Below are positions 1 to 9,609 of a DNA stretch of 64,000 nt, piece by piece. Source of the DNA: Pseudomonadota bacterium. GTDB lineage: Bacteria > Pseudomonadota > Gammaproteobacteria > Burkholderiales > Burkholderiaceae_C. The notes beneath the pieces are model-generated. The model ran no database searches, was not told the origin of the DNA, and saw only the letters and a list, made by a program, of their open reading frames with translations. Within the stretch, counting starts at the first letter, position 1, and each line of letters begins with the position of its first letter. The position numbers and the translations under genes were made by a program. The DNA is taken from contig JAZKFQ010000022.1 in assembly GCA_040386375.1 (NCBI GenBank), positions 30,372 through 94,371 of the forward strand. The letters are read 5' to 3'.

Positions 1-143
1 GGATCGCAGGATCCCGGCCCCTGTGGCTTTTGGGCGTCGGTGCGCGGGCCGGGTGCGGGTGGTCGGCAGGTGCCGTGGAGGCAGGCCGTGCAGCAGGTGG
101 GGTCGGGGACGGCGCGCCCTTGGCGCGCCTGGCGGATGCCGCG

Positions 144-1568
144 TCAGTCGACGGTGGCCGGGGCCACACTGCCGTGGCCCGGGCGGCGGCGGATCAGCGG
201 TGCCATGGCCACCAGGGTGGCCAGCAGCAGCAGCACTTCCAGGCTGTAGACGGCGATGTAGCCGGTGGCCGGGCCGCTCCAGGCCGCTGGCAGCCAGTGC
301 TGCTCGGCGGCGGCCTGCACCAGGTCGCGGCCGATGCCGCCCAGGGCCACCGCCACGCCGGCCGCGCTGGCCTGCACGGCACCCCAGGCGCCCAGGGCCA
401 GGCCGGCCTGGTCCTTGGGCGCCAGGTTCATGGTGGCGGTCAGCGTGCCATGGCCGAACAGGCCGCCACCGAAGCCGATCAGCAGAACACCGGCGCCGAA
501 CAGCAGCGGGGATTGCAGCGAGGCCGCGGTGATCACCGCCAGAAAGGCCAGCACGCCGCACATGGCGCCGTGGCTGGAGATGCGGAAGGCATCGGCCCCC
601 TTGCCCAGCACCCGCGAGGCCAGCCAGAAGCCCAGCAGGCCGCCCATGGCCAGGGTGGCGGTGAGCACAGTGGTGGCGCTCACGCTGAGCTGCAGCACCC
701 GCCCGCCATAGGGCTCGAGCAGCACGTCCTGCATGCTGAAGGCCATGGTGCCCAGGCCCACCGCGGCCAGCCGCCGCAGCGCACTCTCGCCCTGGGTGAA
801 GCTGCCCCAGCTTTCGCGGAAGCTGGGCTGGGCGGGGGGTGCCGCACCGCGCAGCGGGCGGCGCAGCTCCTGTTTCCACAGCGCCAGCATGTTCAGGGCG
901 ATGGTGGCCACCGCCGCGCCCTGGATCACCTCGATCAGCCGGCCGGGGCTGAAGTCCTGCAGCAAGGCGCCGAACAGCAGGGCGCTGACCATGCTGCCCA
1001 CCAGCAGCATCACGTACATCAGGCCGACCACCCGCGGGCGGGATTCTTCGGGCGCCAGGTCGGTGGCCAGGGCCAGGCCGGCGGTCTGGGTGATGTGCAG
1101 GCCCGCACCCACCAGCAGGAAGGCGAGGCCGGCGCCGGCGTTGCCGATCCATGACGGCCACTGCGCCGCATTGCCACCGCCGGACAGCACCAGCAGCGCA
1201 AACGGCATGATCGCCAGGCCGCCGAACTGGATCAGGGTGCCCTTCCAGATGAAGGGCACACGCCGCCAGCCCAGCGCCGACTGGTGGGTGTCGGACTTGA
1301 AGCCGATCAGCGCCCGGAAGGGGGCAAACAGCACCGGCAGCGAGATCATCACCGCCACCAGCGAGGCCGGCACGTCCAGCTCGACGATCATCACCCGGTT
1401 GAGCGTGCCCACCAGCAGCACCAGGGCCATGCCCACCGACACCTGGAACAGCGACAGGCGCAGAAGCCGGCCCAGCGGCAGCTCGGGGGTGGCGGCATCG
1501 GCAAACGGCAGGAAGCGCGGGCCGGCATCGGCCCAGGCGCGCATCAGCTTGCGGCTCAGCGGTGTCAC
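144..1568 (-). CDS. lhaA: PucC/LhaA family MFS-like light-harvesting complex assembly protein
   Basis: RFLPFADAATPELPLGRLLRLSLFQVSVGMALVLLVGTLNRVMIVEL and SDTHQSALGWRRVPF motifs, many TM helices; GTG at 1568 overlaps the ispH stop (GTGA). lhaA versus pucC assignment is not certain. Confidence 0.85.
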   Translation of the reverse strand: MTPLSRKLMRAWADAGPRFLPFADAATPELPLGRLLRLSLFQVSVGMALVLLVGTLNRVMIVELDVPASLVAVMISLPVLFAPFRALIGFKSDTHQSALGWRRVPFIWKGTLIQFGGLAIMPFALLVLSGGGNAAQWPSWIGNAGAGLAFLLVGAGLHITQTAGLALATDLAPEESRPRVVGLMYVMLLVGSMVSALLFGALLQDFSPGRLIEVIQGAAVATIALNMLALWKQELRRPLRGAAPPAQPSFRESWGSFTQGESALRRLAAVGLGTMAFSMQDVLLEPYGGRVLQLSVSATTVLTATLAMGGLLGFWLASRVLGKGADAFRISSHGAMCGVLAFLAVITAASLQSPLLFGAGVLLIGFGGGLFGHGTLTATMNLAPKDQAGLALGAWGAVQASAAGVAVALGGIGRDLVQAAAEQHWLPAAWSGPATGYIAVYSLEVLLLLATLVAMAPLIRRRPGHGSVAPATVD

Positions 1569-2551
1569 GGCGTGGCGAGGTCGGGTGCCGGTGCGGCCTG
1601 GCCGCGGGCCTCGGCCAGGCCGTGCGGCAGGCGGAACTGCACGCTCTCGGGCTTGCCGGGCAACTGGCGCACTGCGCCGGCGCCCAGGGCGCGCAGCCGT
1701 TCGCACACACCTTGCACCAGGTGTTCGGGGGTGCTGGCGCCGGCGGTCACGCCGATGCAGCGTGCCCCCTGCAGCCAGTCGGGGTCGATCTGGCTGGCGT
1801 CTTCCACCAGCCAGGCCGGCACGCCCTGCTGGGCACCCACCTCCCGCAGGCGGCTGGCGTTGCTGCTGTTGTGTGCGCCCACCACCAGCAGGCGGTCCAC
1901 CCGCCGTGCCATCAGGCGCACCGCGGTCTGGCGGTTCTGCGTGGCGTAGCAGATGTCGGCCAGGGCCGGCCCGACGATGTCGGGAAAGCGCTGCTGCAGC
2001 ACCGCGATGATGCCGCGTGTGTCGTCCACGCTCAGCGTGGTCTGGGTGACATAGGCCAGGGCGGTGCTGGCAGGCAGATCGAGCGCACGCGCGGCCTCGG
2101 CCGTGGGCACCACATGGGCCGGGCCCTGGATGCGACCCAGCGTGCCCACCACCTCGTCATGCCCGGGGTGGCCGATCACCAGCACCGTGCGCCCGGCCTG
2201 CGCATAGCGCTGGGCCTGCAGCTGCACCTTGGCCACCAGCGGGCAGGTGGCGTCGATCACCCGCAGGCCACGCGCGCTGGCCTGGTCGACCACCGCCTGC
2301 GACACGCCATGTGCGCTGAAGATGGTGACGGCCTGCGGCGGGATCTGGTCGATGCGGCCCACGAACACCGCACCACGCTGCCGCAGCTGCTGCACCACAT
2401 GGCCGTTGTGCACGATCTCGTGGAACACGTAGACCGGCGCGCCGAACAGGTCGAGTGCCTGCTCCACCACGTCGATGGCGCGCACCACGCCGGCACAGAA
2501 GCCGCGTGGCTGGGCCAGCAGCAGTTCGGCAGCGGTCACGCGCATGTCCAT
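1565..2551 (-). CDS. ispH: 4-hydroxy-3-methylbut-2-enyl diphosphate reductase
   Basis: LAQPRGFCAGVVRAI, DATCPLV, DICYATQNRQ (three cluster Cys), NSSN, GVTAGASTP; ATG at 2551 within ORF 1565..3217. Confidence 0.95.
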   Translation of the reverse strand: MDMRVTAAELLLAQPRGFCAGVVRAIDVVEQALDLFGAPVYVFHEIVHNGHVVQQLRQRGAVFVGRIDQIPPQAVTIFSAHGVSQAVVDQASARGLRVIDATCPLVAKVQLQAQRYAQAGRTVLVIGHPGHDEVVGTLGRIQGPAHVVPTAEAARALDLPASTALAYVTQTTLSVDDTRGIIAVLQQRFPDIVGPALADICYATQNRQTAVRLMARRVDRLLVVGAHNSSNASRLREVGAQQGVPAWLVEDASQIDPDWLQGARCIGVTAGASTPEHLVQGVCERLRALGAGAVRQLPGKPESVQFRLPHGLAEARGQAAPAPDLATP

Positions 2552-2586
2552 GACGCTGCCCCCATGGCGCCCGTGCTGGCGTGGTG

Positions 2587-3714
2587 TCAGCGCTTGGCAG
2601 GCGCTGCCGGATTGGCCGCCATCACCTCGGCCACTTGTGCCACGGCCGCAGCCGGCACGGCAGTGGCAGCGGGCGATGCAGCCGCCGTGGTCGCCACCGA
2701 GCCCCAGGGGCCGGCCAGCGCCGGGTGGTCCTTGAGCATGGGCGCGCCCTTCAGCGGCTTGTTCAGGCCCTGGTGGCAGGTGGCGCAGCTGACCTTGGCC
2801 ACGTCGCCCAGCACGCCCAGCCGGTTGGCCGGGAAGCTGGGGGTGAGCGGCAGCATGTAGGCGTTGTTCAGGTCGCGCGCCATGTTGATGCCATGGAAGG
2901 CCTTGGTGCGGGTGAGCGGGCTTTCCGGCCATTCGGCATGCGAGCGGGTGTTGTGGCAGTGCGTGCAGTTCACGCCCAGCGACTTGCTCATGTGCACCAT
3001 CAGGCCGAAGGTGGCCTCGGTCTGCTGCATGCTGGCCACATGGCCGGAGGGCAGGGCGCTGGGGCCCGCCACGCGGATGTTGGCATTGCCCAGCAGGTAG
3101 GGCGTGAGCGGGTCGGTGCCCAGCGAGGTGAGCCCGGCTTCCAGCGACGGATGGTTCTGGCCGCGGGACTCGGCCGTGGTGCCCCCGGCCGAGCGGTGCA
3201 GCGGCTCGGTGAACCACACCTTGGCCGGCACCGGCTCACCGCGGTGGCAGGTGTAGCAGGTGACGCCGGTGGGCGCGACGTGGTTCTTCCAGTCGGCGTT
3301 GATGTGGCGCGTCATCGCGATCATCTTGCGCGCCACCACCTTGGTGTAGAGCTTGTCCGAGGACAGCGCCTCGCCCGGTGCATGGCAGTAGGCGCAGCCC
3401 TGCTTGGGCGACACCCAGGCGGTGATCGCCAGCATGGTGCGGGTGAGCTCGGTGGCAGGCAGGTCGCCCAGCACCTGCACGTTCTGGTAGGTGTCCTTGG
3501 ACAGCGGCGCGCCGGCGGCCACCGGGATGGCCGGAATGGCTGCGGGCAGGACCGGCTCGGCATCCAGCGGGCCGGCGATGCGTGGATTGACCACCGCACC
3601 CATGGCCGTGCCGCGGTAGCCGGTCTGCGTGGTTTCCATCGGCGGGCGTTCGCAGCCGGCGAGCAGTGCCGCGCCCAGCAACAAGGCGGGCAGCATGGTG
3701 TGGATGCGCGTCAT
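2587..3714 (-). CDS. pufC: Photosynthetic reaction centre tetraheme cytochrome c subunit
   Basis: Lipobox LLAGC then ERPP; four CxxCH motifs (CAYCH, CYTCH, CTHCH, CATCH); follows pufM. Confidence 0.96.
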   Translation of the reverse strand: MTRIHTMLPALLLGAALLAGCERPPMETTQTGYRGTAMGAVVNPRIAGPLDAEPVLPAAIPAIPVAAGAPLSKDTYQNVQVLGDLPATELTRTMLAITAWVSPKQGCAYCHAPGEALSSDKLYTKVVARKMIAMTRHINADWKNHVAPTGVTCYTCHRGEPVPAKVWFTEPLHRSAGGTTAESRGQNHPSLEAGLTSLGTDPLTPYLLGNANIRVAGPSALPSGHVASMQQTEATFGLMVHMSKSLGVNCTHCHNTRSHAEWPESPLTRTKAFHGINMARDLNNAYMLPLTPSFPANRLGVLGDVAKVSCATCHQGLNKPLKGAPMLKDHPALAGPWGSVATTAAASPAATAVPAAAVAQVAEVMAANPAAPAKR

Positions 3715-3758
3715 GCGGATCACCTCTAGGCGTTGGTGGGGGCGGGGGACCGGCAGGC

Positions 3759-4730
3759 TCACTTGGTCAGCATCGGGTCGGGGCCGCTGGGGTAGACGGC
3801 GGGGTAGGACGGCGCCACGCCGTGCTGCACCGCCCACAGGTACCAGTTGTCGACAACGGTGCCGGTCAGCAGGATGCCGATGCCGCCGGTCAGCGGCGTG
3901 AGCACCGCGAACCACCAGGCCCAGCGGTGGATGGATTCCATGGTGGCGTTGAAGCCCATGGTCCAGCGCCAGAACAGGGCGGCCCGCTCGCTGGCCGTGC
4001 CGCGGTCGTAGATCTGCTCGATCTCGCGTTCACCGCCGAAGCGGGTGACCGCCAGGATGGTGGCGCCGTGCATGGCGAAGATCAGCGCCGACCCGTAGAG
4101 GAAGGCGATCGACAGCATGTGGAAGGGGTTGTAGAACAGGTTGCCGTAACGCAGCGAGAACGCGGCCGTCCAGTCCAGGTGCGGGAAGATGCCGAAGGGC
4201 ACGGCCTCGCTCCAGCTGCCCATCATCACCGGGCGGATGAAGCCCAGCACCAGGTAGAGCCAGATCGCCGCGGCAAAGGCCCAGGGCACATGGGTGCCGA
4301 TGCCCAGCGCCTTGCTGCGCCGGTACATGCGCAGCCACCACAGCAGGATGGACAGCGTGAGGAAGAAGCCGGCGATCAGCCACCAGCCGCCCTTGGCCAG
4401 CGGTGGGATGCGCAGGCCGTATTCGGCCGCCGGTGGCTCCAGCCCCAGCCAGAACAGCTGGCGCACGAACTGGATCGGGTCCCAGTTCACCTGGGCCAGC
4501 ATGTTCAGGCCGATGATCTCGAAGGCGATGAAGCCGCAGATCAGCGACACCACACCCAGCCAGCCCAGGTAGATCGGGCCCAGCTGCGCATCACCGATGC
4601 GCCCCAGCAGGTGGATGTGCAGCGGCCCGCCCTGGCGTTGCTGGTTCTCGCCCGGATAGGGCAGGGACACGCCCGGGTAGGACGGCCCGTGCACTTGCAC
4701 CCGGGTGAAGATGTTCTGATATTCAGCCAT
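3759..4730 (-). CDS. pufM: Reaction centre M subunit
   Basis: [48 protein letters not shown]. Confidence 0.99.
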   Translation of the reverse strand: MAEYQNIFTRVQVHGPSYPGVSLPYPGENQQRQGGPLHIHLLGRIGDAQLGPIYLGWLGVVSLICGFIAFEIIGLNMLAQVNWDPIQFVRQLFWLGLEPPAAEYGLRIPPLAKGGWWLIAGFFLTLSILLWWLRMYRRSKALGIGTHVPWAFAAAIWLYLVLGFIRPVMMGSWSEAVPFGIFPHLDWTAAFSLRYGNLFYNPFHMLSIAFLYGSALIFAMHGATILAVTRFGGEREIEQIYDRGTASERAALFWRWTMGFNATMESIHRWAWWFAVLTPLTGGIGILLTGTVVDNWYLWAVQHGVAPSYPAVYPSGPDPMLTK

Positions 4731-4765
4731 CGCAGGCTCCTAACTCAAAAGATACGCGCAACGCA

Positions 4766-4848
4766 AACCAAGCAGGCGCCGCGGAACCGGCTTTGCCGGA
4801 CCGCCGGGGCCGCCCCCCTGGGGGGAGCGCCGCAGGCGCTTCGGGGGG
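4766..4848. repeat. REP/MITE-like palindromic element between pufL and pufM
   Basis: Stacked GC palindromes CCGGC-TTT-GCCGG, CCCCCC-T-GGGGGG, AGCGCC-GCA-GGCGCT; same architecture as the element at 43691-43753. Confidence 0.6.
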
Positions 4849-5673
4849 CTATCTCCAGACCGGCAGGCTGAGCCACCAACCCCACCACTCGGGCCAGCCG
4901 CGGGTCCAGAAGGGCCCGCTGATGATGATGCAGACCGCACTCCAGAACGCGGCCGACAGCGCCAGGAACAGGCCCAGCCGGTGGATGCCCAGCGAACCGA
5001 TGGAGTAGCCCACGGCATCGCGGAAGAAGGTGTTCTCGTGCTCGGGCGTCTTCACCGGCTCACCTTTCTGCGGGTTGGTCATCGCCAGGATCAGGCCGCC
5101 GTGCATGGACAGCGCCAGCGCGTTCGTGAAGAAGAACGTGATGGCCAGCATGTGCGCCGGGTTGTAGTGGAAGTGCAGGTACTGGTAGCCGGTGTTCGAC
5201 ACCCAGTCCAGGTGGCTGAGGATGCCGTAGGGGAAGCCATGGCCCCAGGCGCCCAGCAGCAGCGGACGGAAGATCACCAGCGTCACATAGGCCAGGATGG
5301 CCACGCTGAAGGCGATGGGCACATGGAAGCCCATGCCCAGCTTGCGGCAGATCTCCACCTCGCGCAGCGCCCAGGAGACGAAGGCGCCGGTGGCACAGAT
5401 GGTGATCACCTGCCACAGCCCGCCTTCGGCCATGGGCGCCAGGCGCAGGCCGTAGCTCAGGTCGGGCGGCGCGATGTTGATCTGCCAGATGTTCCAGGTG
5501 GTGCCCATGCTGGCACCCCAGACGATCAGCAGCGTGCCCAGGATCGCGAAGAACGCCGAGGTGACACCGAAGAAGCCCACGTAGAACGGCCCGACCCAGA
5601 AGTCGAACAGGTCACCCCCGAGCAGGGTGCCGCCGCGCACGCGGTATTTCTTTTCAAAGCTGAGCATGGCCAT
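4849..5673 (-). CDS. pufL: Reaction centre L subunit
   Basis: [52 protein letters not shown]. Confidence 0.99.
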   Translation of the reverse strand: MAMLSFEKKYRVRGGTLLGGDLFDFWVGPFYVGFFGVTSAFFAILGTLLIVWGASMGTTWNIWQINIAPPDLSYGLRLAPMAEGGLWQVITICATGAFVSWALREVEICRKLGMGFHVPIAFSVAILAYVTLVIFRPLLLGAWGHGFPYGILSHLDWVSNTGYQYLHFHYNPAHMLAITFFFTNALALSMHGGLILAMTNPQKGEPVKTPEHENTFFRDAVGYSIGSLGIHRLGLFLALSAAFWSAVCIIISGPFWTRGWPEWWGWWLSLPVWR

Positions 5674-5697
5674 CGCCGGCTCCCGGTTGGCGGGCCC

Positions 5698-5777
5698 CTG
5701 TCACCCAGGTCGGGTGGCAGGCGGCCGGTCGTGCAAATTCTTGGCAGCCAGCAGGGCGGTCAGGCCCCGCTGGTTGC
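5698..5777 (-). other. Two intercistronic stem-loops between pufA and pufL (likely mRNA stabilisers)
   Basis: Imperfect inverted repeats at 5698-5720 and 5744-5777, in the position where puf operons carry decay-blocking hairpins. Confidence 0.55.
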
Positions 5778-5809
5778 GGGTGTGCGTGGTCGCACTGCGG
5801 ACAGGGCAC

Positions 5810-5995
5810 TCAGGCCCGTGGCGGCAGCACTTCCATCTGCACGGCAGCCGTCTTCGGCTTCTTGGCACCATCCAGCCAGTTGAACTTGTCGGTGCTCAGC
5901 AGGATGAAATGGATCAGGATGGCCAGGCCGAACAGGAACGTGCCCATCGCGACCAGGATCCGGCGCGGATCAAACAACAACCACAATCTCCACAT
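5810..5995 (-). CDS. pufA: LH1 alpha subunit
   Basis: [16 protein letters not shown]...[15 protein letters not shown]; SD AAGGAG upstream. Confidence 0.97.
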   Translation of the reverse strand: MWRLWLLFDPRRILVAMGTFLFGLAILIHFILLSTDKFNWLDGAKKPKTAAVQMEVLPPRA

Positions 5996-6006
5996 GGAAG
6001 ACTCCT

Positions 6007-6228
6007 TCAGGGGATGTAGGACATGAAGGTGTAGACCGCTGACTTGACGCCCGCGATCAACGACCCCTCTCCCTCGGCGCCTGGCAACCAGGTCCGCCAG
6101 CGCATGGTCAGCATCTGGGCGATGAGGGCGATCACCAGAAACACGGCAAAACCGACGCAAAACACCAGCGGCGACAGCGCGTGGCTGCCAGGGTGTTGCA
6201 CATCGGACTTGAGTGTTGAAGCTGCCAT
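6007..6228 (-). CDS. 73-aa single-TM protein of unknown function between pufB and pufA (possibly PufQ-like)
   Basis: SD AAGGAG 6 nt before ATG; hydrophobic stretch [20 protein letters not shown]; its stop TGA overlaps the pufA SD (TGAAGGAG). Confidence 0.8.
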   Translation of the reverse strand: MAASTLKSDVQHPGSHALSPLVFCVGFAVFLVIALIAQMLTMRWRTWLPGAEGEGSLIAGVKSAVYTFMSYIP

Positions 6229-6271
6229 GGTTTGCTCCTTGTTGAGCGGGTGCGACGCAGGTGCTAGCGGC

Positions 6272-6421
6272 TTACAGCCACGAGCGCCAGTTCCACACCA
6301 GGACGTGCGCGACGATCGCGATCACGGTGAAGCCGATGAAGCTGCTCACGAACATGCCGTGAAACTCCCGCGCTTCCTGCTCGGTCAACCCGGACAGCGA
6401 GCCTTGTCGGTCGTTTGCCAT
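6272..6421 (-). CDS. pufB: LH1 beta subunit (49 aa, absent from the ORF track)
   Basis: Hand translation [49 protein letters not shown]; SGLT..EA.EFH and AH...W.WR.W motifs. Confidence 0.97.
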   Translation of the reverse strand: MANDRQGSLSGLTEQEAREFHGMFVSSFIGFTVIAIVAHVLVWNWRSWL

Positions 6422-6480
6422 GACGTCTTTCCTTTTTCAATGGGCCTCGCGGCCTGGATTGGCCTTGCGGCCGCCGTCGA

Positions 6481-6524
6481 CCACCCGGCCCGCCATGGCC
6501 GCGAGGCCATGGCGGGCCGGGTGG
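6481..6524. other. Perfect 20-bp stem-loop between bchZ and pufB
   Basis: CCACCCGGCCCGCCATGGCC-GCGA-GGCCATGGCGGGCCGGGTGG. Confidence 0.8.
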
Positions 6525-6603
6525 CCTTTACCGCGCTGTGCCCGCGCGGTTGGGTTGGCCCGGCGCACGTCACCGTGCGCCGGATCAAGGGGGTGGTGCA
6601 CCG

Positions 6604-8082
6604 TCATGCGGGTGCTCCTGAGCTGAGTGCGCTGCGTGCACGTGCCACGCGCTCGGCGGTGATGCGGGCCTCGCCGGCCTGGCGCGCGTCGGCCTCGGCG
6701 CGGTCGCGCAGGCGCTTGGCGGCCGAGATCTGCACCAGCACCGGCTGGGCGCTGACCAGGTCGTTCAGCAGCTGCTGGGCGTCGTCGTCCCAGGGGCTGG
6801 TGGTGGCTTCTTCCAGGCGCGATGGCGTGGCCGGTGCGCGGTCCAGGTCGGTGCCCAGCGGCAGCACATGGAACAGCGCGTCGAACAGCGCGTTGCAGTA
6901 CTCCTGCAGCACGTAGGTGGCGCCGGCATAGCCCATGAACGGCGTGCCCGTGGCGCGGCGGATGATGGCGCCGGGGAAGGAGGCCGGGATGTAGCTGGGC
7001 CGGGGGCCATGGCCCGCGCCGGCTTCGGCCAGATACATGCGCTCGTTGTAGCTGCCGAACATCACCAGCGGCGGCTTGTCGTGCGTCATCTGCCGGATGG
7101 CGGCGTTGTCGGTCTTGGCGCCCGGGATGCGTGGCACGGCGAACTGGCAGGGCAGGCCCAGCTCGTCTTCCAGGTAATGCCGCAATCCCCGTGTGTAGGT
7201 TTCTCCGGCCACCACCGCAAAGCTGGCGGTGCCGAAAAAATCCTGCGTCACCGAGCGCCACAAATCCCACAGGGGCTTGACTGTGGTGTGCTTTTCGCGC
7301 TCGATGAAAGGCTCGGGATCCAGCCCCAGCAGGTTGCCCATGCTGCGCAGAAACTTGGTGGTGCTGTGCAGGCCGATGGGCGCCTGCAGCCAGGGCCGCT
7401 CCAGCGCTTCGCACAGCAAGGGCCCGTACTCGCGGTACAGGTTGATGTTGAGGTCGGCGTCGGCCAGCTGCTGCACATCGGCCAGGTGGCTGCCCAGCGG
7501 GAAGACCATGTTGATCTCGGCGCCGATGCCCTCGACCAGGCGGCGGATCTCGTGCAGGTCACTGGGCAGGTTGAAACTGCCGTAGCAGGGGCCGATGATG
7601 TTCACCCGCGGCTTGCTGCCTGCGGGCCGATCGGCCAGCGGCTTGCGTGCCGGGATGTGGCGCAGCCCGTACTGGGCCCAGAGCCAGAACATGGCGCGGT
7701 TGGCGCACTGCCACTGGTCTTCGTCGATGGTGCGTGGCAGGAAGCGCTGCAGGGCCGTGCCCTCGGGCGTGACGCCGCCGCCGATCATCTCGGCGATGCT
7801 GCCGGTGACCACCACGCTGGGCAGGTCCGGGTCCAGCACCGCATGGGCGCGCTTCATCGCACCTTCGGTGCCTTCGCGGCCCAGCTGCTCTTCGGCCAGC
7901 CCGGTGACGACGATGGGCAACTCGTGCGGCGGCAGGGCGTCGGTGTAGTGCAGCACGCTGGTGACCGGCAGGTTCTCGCAGCCCACCGGGCCGTCGATCA
8001 CCACCTGCAGGCCCTTGATGGCGGTGAACACATAGACGGCGCCCCAGTAGCCGCCGGCACGGTCGTGGTCGAGGACTAGCAT
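6604..8082 (-). CDS. bchZ: Chlorophyllide a reductase subunit Z
   Basis: [42 protein letters not shown]-terminal PCP-red-like WDDDA...[11 protein letters not shown]. Confidence 0.97.
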   Translation of the reverse strand: MLVLDHDRAGGYWGAVYVFTAIKGLQVVIDGPVGCENLPVTSVLHYTDALPPHELPIVVTGLAEEQLGREGTEGAMKRAHAVLDPDLPSVVVTGSIAEMIGGGVTPEGTALQRFLPRTIDEDQWQCANRAMFWLWAQYGLRHIPARKPLADRPAGSKPRVNIIGPCYGSFNLPSDLHEIRRLVEGIGAEINMVFPLGSHLADVQQLADADLNINLYREYGPLLCEALERPWLQAPIGLHSTTKFLRSMGNLLGLDPEPFIEREKHTTVKPLWDLWRSVTQDFFGTASFAVVAGETYTRGLRHYLEDELGLPCQFAVPRIPGAKTDNAAIRQMTHDKPPLVMFGSYNERMYLAEAGAGHGPRPSYIPASFPGAIIRRATGTPFMGYAGATYVLQEYCNALFDALFHVLPLGTDLDRAPATPSRLEEATTSPWDDDAQQLLNDLVSAQPVLVQISAAKRLRDRAEADARQAGEARITAERVARARSALSSGAPA

Positions 8083-9602
8083 CAGATCATGGCCTCCGCC
8101 TTGCGCTTGGCATGCAGCTTGATCACCTGGCGCTTGAAGTCGGCGCGGAACTCCGGCCGGTCCTTGGGCGTCTCGGTCCAGACCCCCGCCTTGTCGCCCT
8201 GGCCGGCATCGCCGAAGAAGGCGCTCATGGCCTCGAAGCGGTGCTTGTTGGCGATGGCGGCGTTGATCACCGCCGCCAGCGAGCCGGCACCGGCCGGGCC
8301 CATCAGCGGCCGCGCCGAGATCAGGTTGGTGAAATACAGGCCGGGGATGCGCGCTTCCTTGGCGGCCTGCACCACCGGCGTGGTGCCGATGGCCAGGTCG
8401 GGCTGGAATTCATGCATGGCCGCGATGTCCTGTTCCAGGCTGGCCCGGTACTGCACCCGCACACCCTTGGCCTCCAGCCACTGGCGGTCGGCATCGCTCC
8501 AGGGCGTGCGGGGGCAGGCCGTGCCCACGTAGCGCAGGTCGGCGCCACTTTCCACCAGCAGGCGGGCCACGATCAGCTCGCTGCCCTCGTAGCCCGACAG
8601 GGTGATGCGGCCCTTGATCGGTGTCTTGGCCAGCGCCCCGCGGATGGCCGGAAGGATGCGGTTCTTGGCCGCGTCGATCAGGGCCTGGGGCACGTTGGCC
8701 GCGCTGCCGATGGCCTGCAGCCAGGCCTCGGTGCCGTCGTGGCCCACCGGGGCCGAGCCGACGATGGGCCGGCCGGCTGTCTGAAACTCGCGGATGCTGG
8801 CGGTGTAGAACGGGTGGATGGCGGCGACCACGCTGCCGTCCAGCGCGGCATACAGCTCGCGCCACTCCCGGGTGGGCACCACCGGGCCGGCGGCCAGGCC
8901 CATGGGCTCTAGCATCATGCCCAGGATCACCGGGTCGGCCGGGAACATCTCGCCCAGCAGGGTGACCGTGGGCTTGCTGCTGCGGCCGCCCTGCGGCGCC
9001 TGCACCGGGCCGGCTTCCACCTCGGTGCGGGCGTACTTCAGCATGGCGCCGGCCAGCACGTCCTTGGCCTCGGCATGGGTGGGCACGCCGAAGCCCGGCA
9101 CGTCGATGCCGATGATGCGCACGCCGTTGATCTGTTTGGGCAGCAGCTGCAGCGGCACGCCGCTGGCGGTGGGCACGCACAGGTTGATCAGCACGATGCT
9201 GTCGTACTTGTCCGGGTCGGCCAGCTTGAAGGTGGCCTCCCGGATGTCCTCGAACAGCTTGCCGGTGACCAGGCTCTCGCTGTTGAAGGGCACATAACCC
9301 ACGCTGCGGCGCGCGCCGTAGAAATGGCTGGTGAAGGTCAGTCCGTAGACGCAGCAGGCCGAGCCGCTCAACACCGTGGCCGTGCGCTTCATGCGCAGGC
9401 CGACACGCAGTGACCCGAAAGCCGGGCACATGCTCTGCGGCTGGTCGTGCGGGCCCTTGGGATAGTCCTGCGCATACTGCTGCAGCACCTCGCTCTTGCC
9501 GGCGGTTTTCGCGGCGGCCAGCATGGTCTCGGCGCCGGAGTGGCAGCCCAGGCCGTCCTCCTTCAAGGCGGCAGGCACGGCGACGTTCGGTGTGGCGTCC
9601 AT
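8082..9602 (-). CDS. bchY: Chlorophyllide a reductase subunit Y
   Basis: [41 protein letters not shown]. Confidence 0.97.
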   Translation of the reverse strand: MDATPNVAVPAALKEDGLGCHSGAETMLAAAKTAGKSEVLQQYAQDYPKGPHDQPQSMCPAFGSLRVGLRMKRTATVLSGSACCVYGLTFTSHFYGARRSVGYVPFNSESLVTGKLFEDIREATFKLADPDKYDSIVLINLCVPTASGVPLQLLPKQINGVRIIGIDVPGFGVPTHAEAKDVLAGAMLKYARTEVEAGPVQAPQGGRSSKPTVTLLGEMFPADPVILGMMLEPMGLAAGPVVPTREWRELYAALDGSVVAAIHPFYTASIREFQTAGRPIVGSAPVGHDGTEAWLQAIGSAANVPQALIDAAKNRILPAIRGALAKTPIKGRITLSGYEGSELIVARLLVESGADLRYVGTACPRTPWSDADRQWLEAKGVRVQYRASLEQDIAAMHEFQPDLAIGTTPVVQAAKEARIPGLYFTNLISARPLMGPAGAGSLAAVINAAIANKHRFEAMSAFFGDAGQGDKAGVWTETPKDRPEFRADFKRQVIKLHAKRKAEAMI

Positions 9603-9609
9603 GGGCAGC

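Noticed and set aside
110-129. GGCGCGCC-CTT-GGCGCGCC hairpin after lhaA
   Set aside because: Short, GC-only and without a U-tract; expected by chance at this GC content
6385-6588. 67-aa ORF in the bchZ-pufB spacer as a possible pufQ
   Set aside because: No TM helix, overlaps pufB out of frame, runs through the 20-bp hairpin, and has no SD
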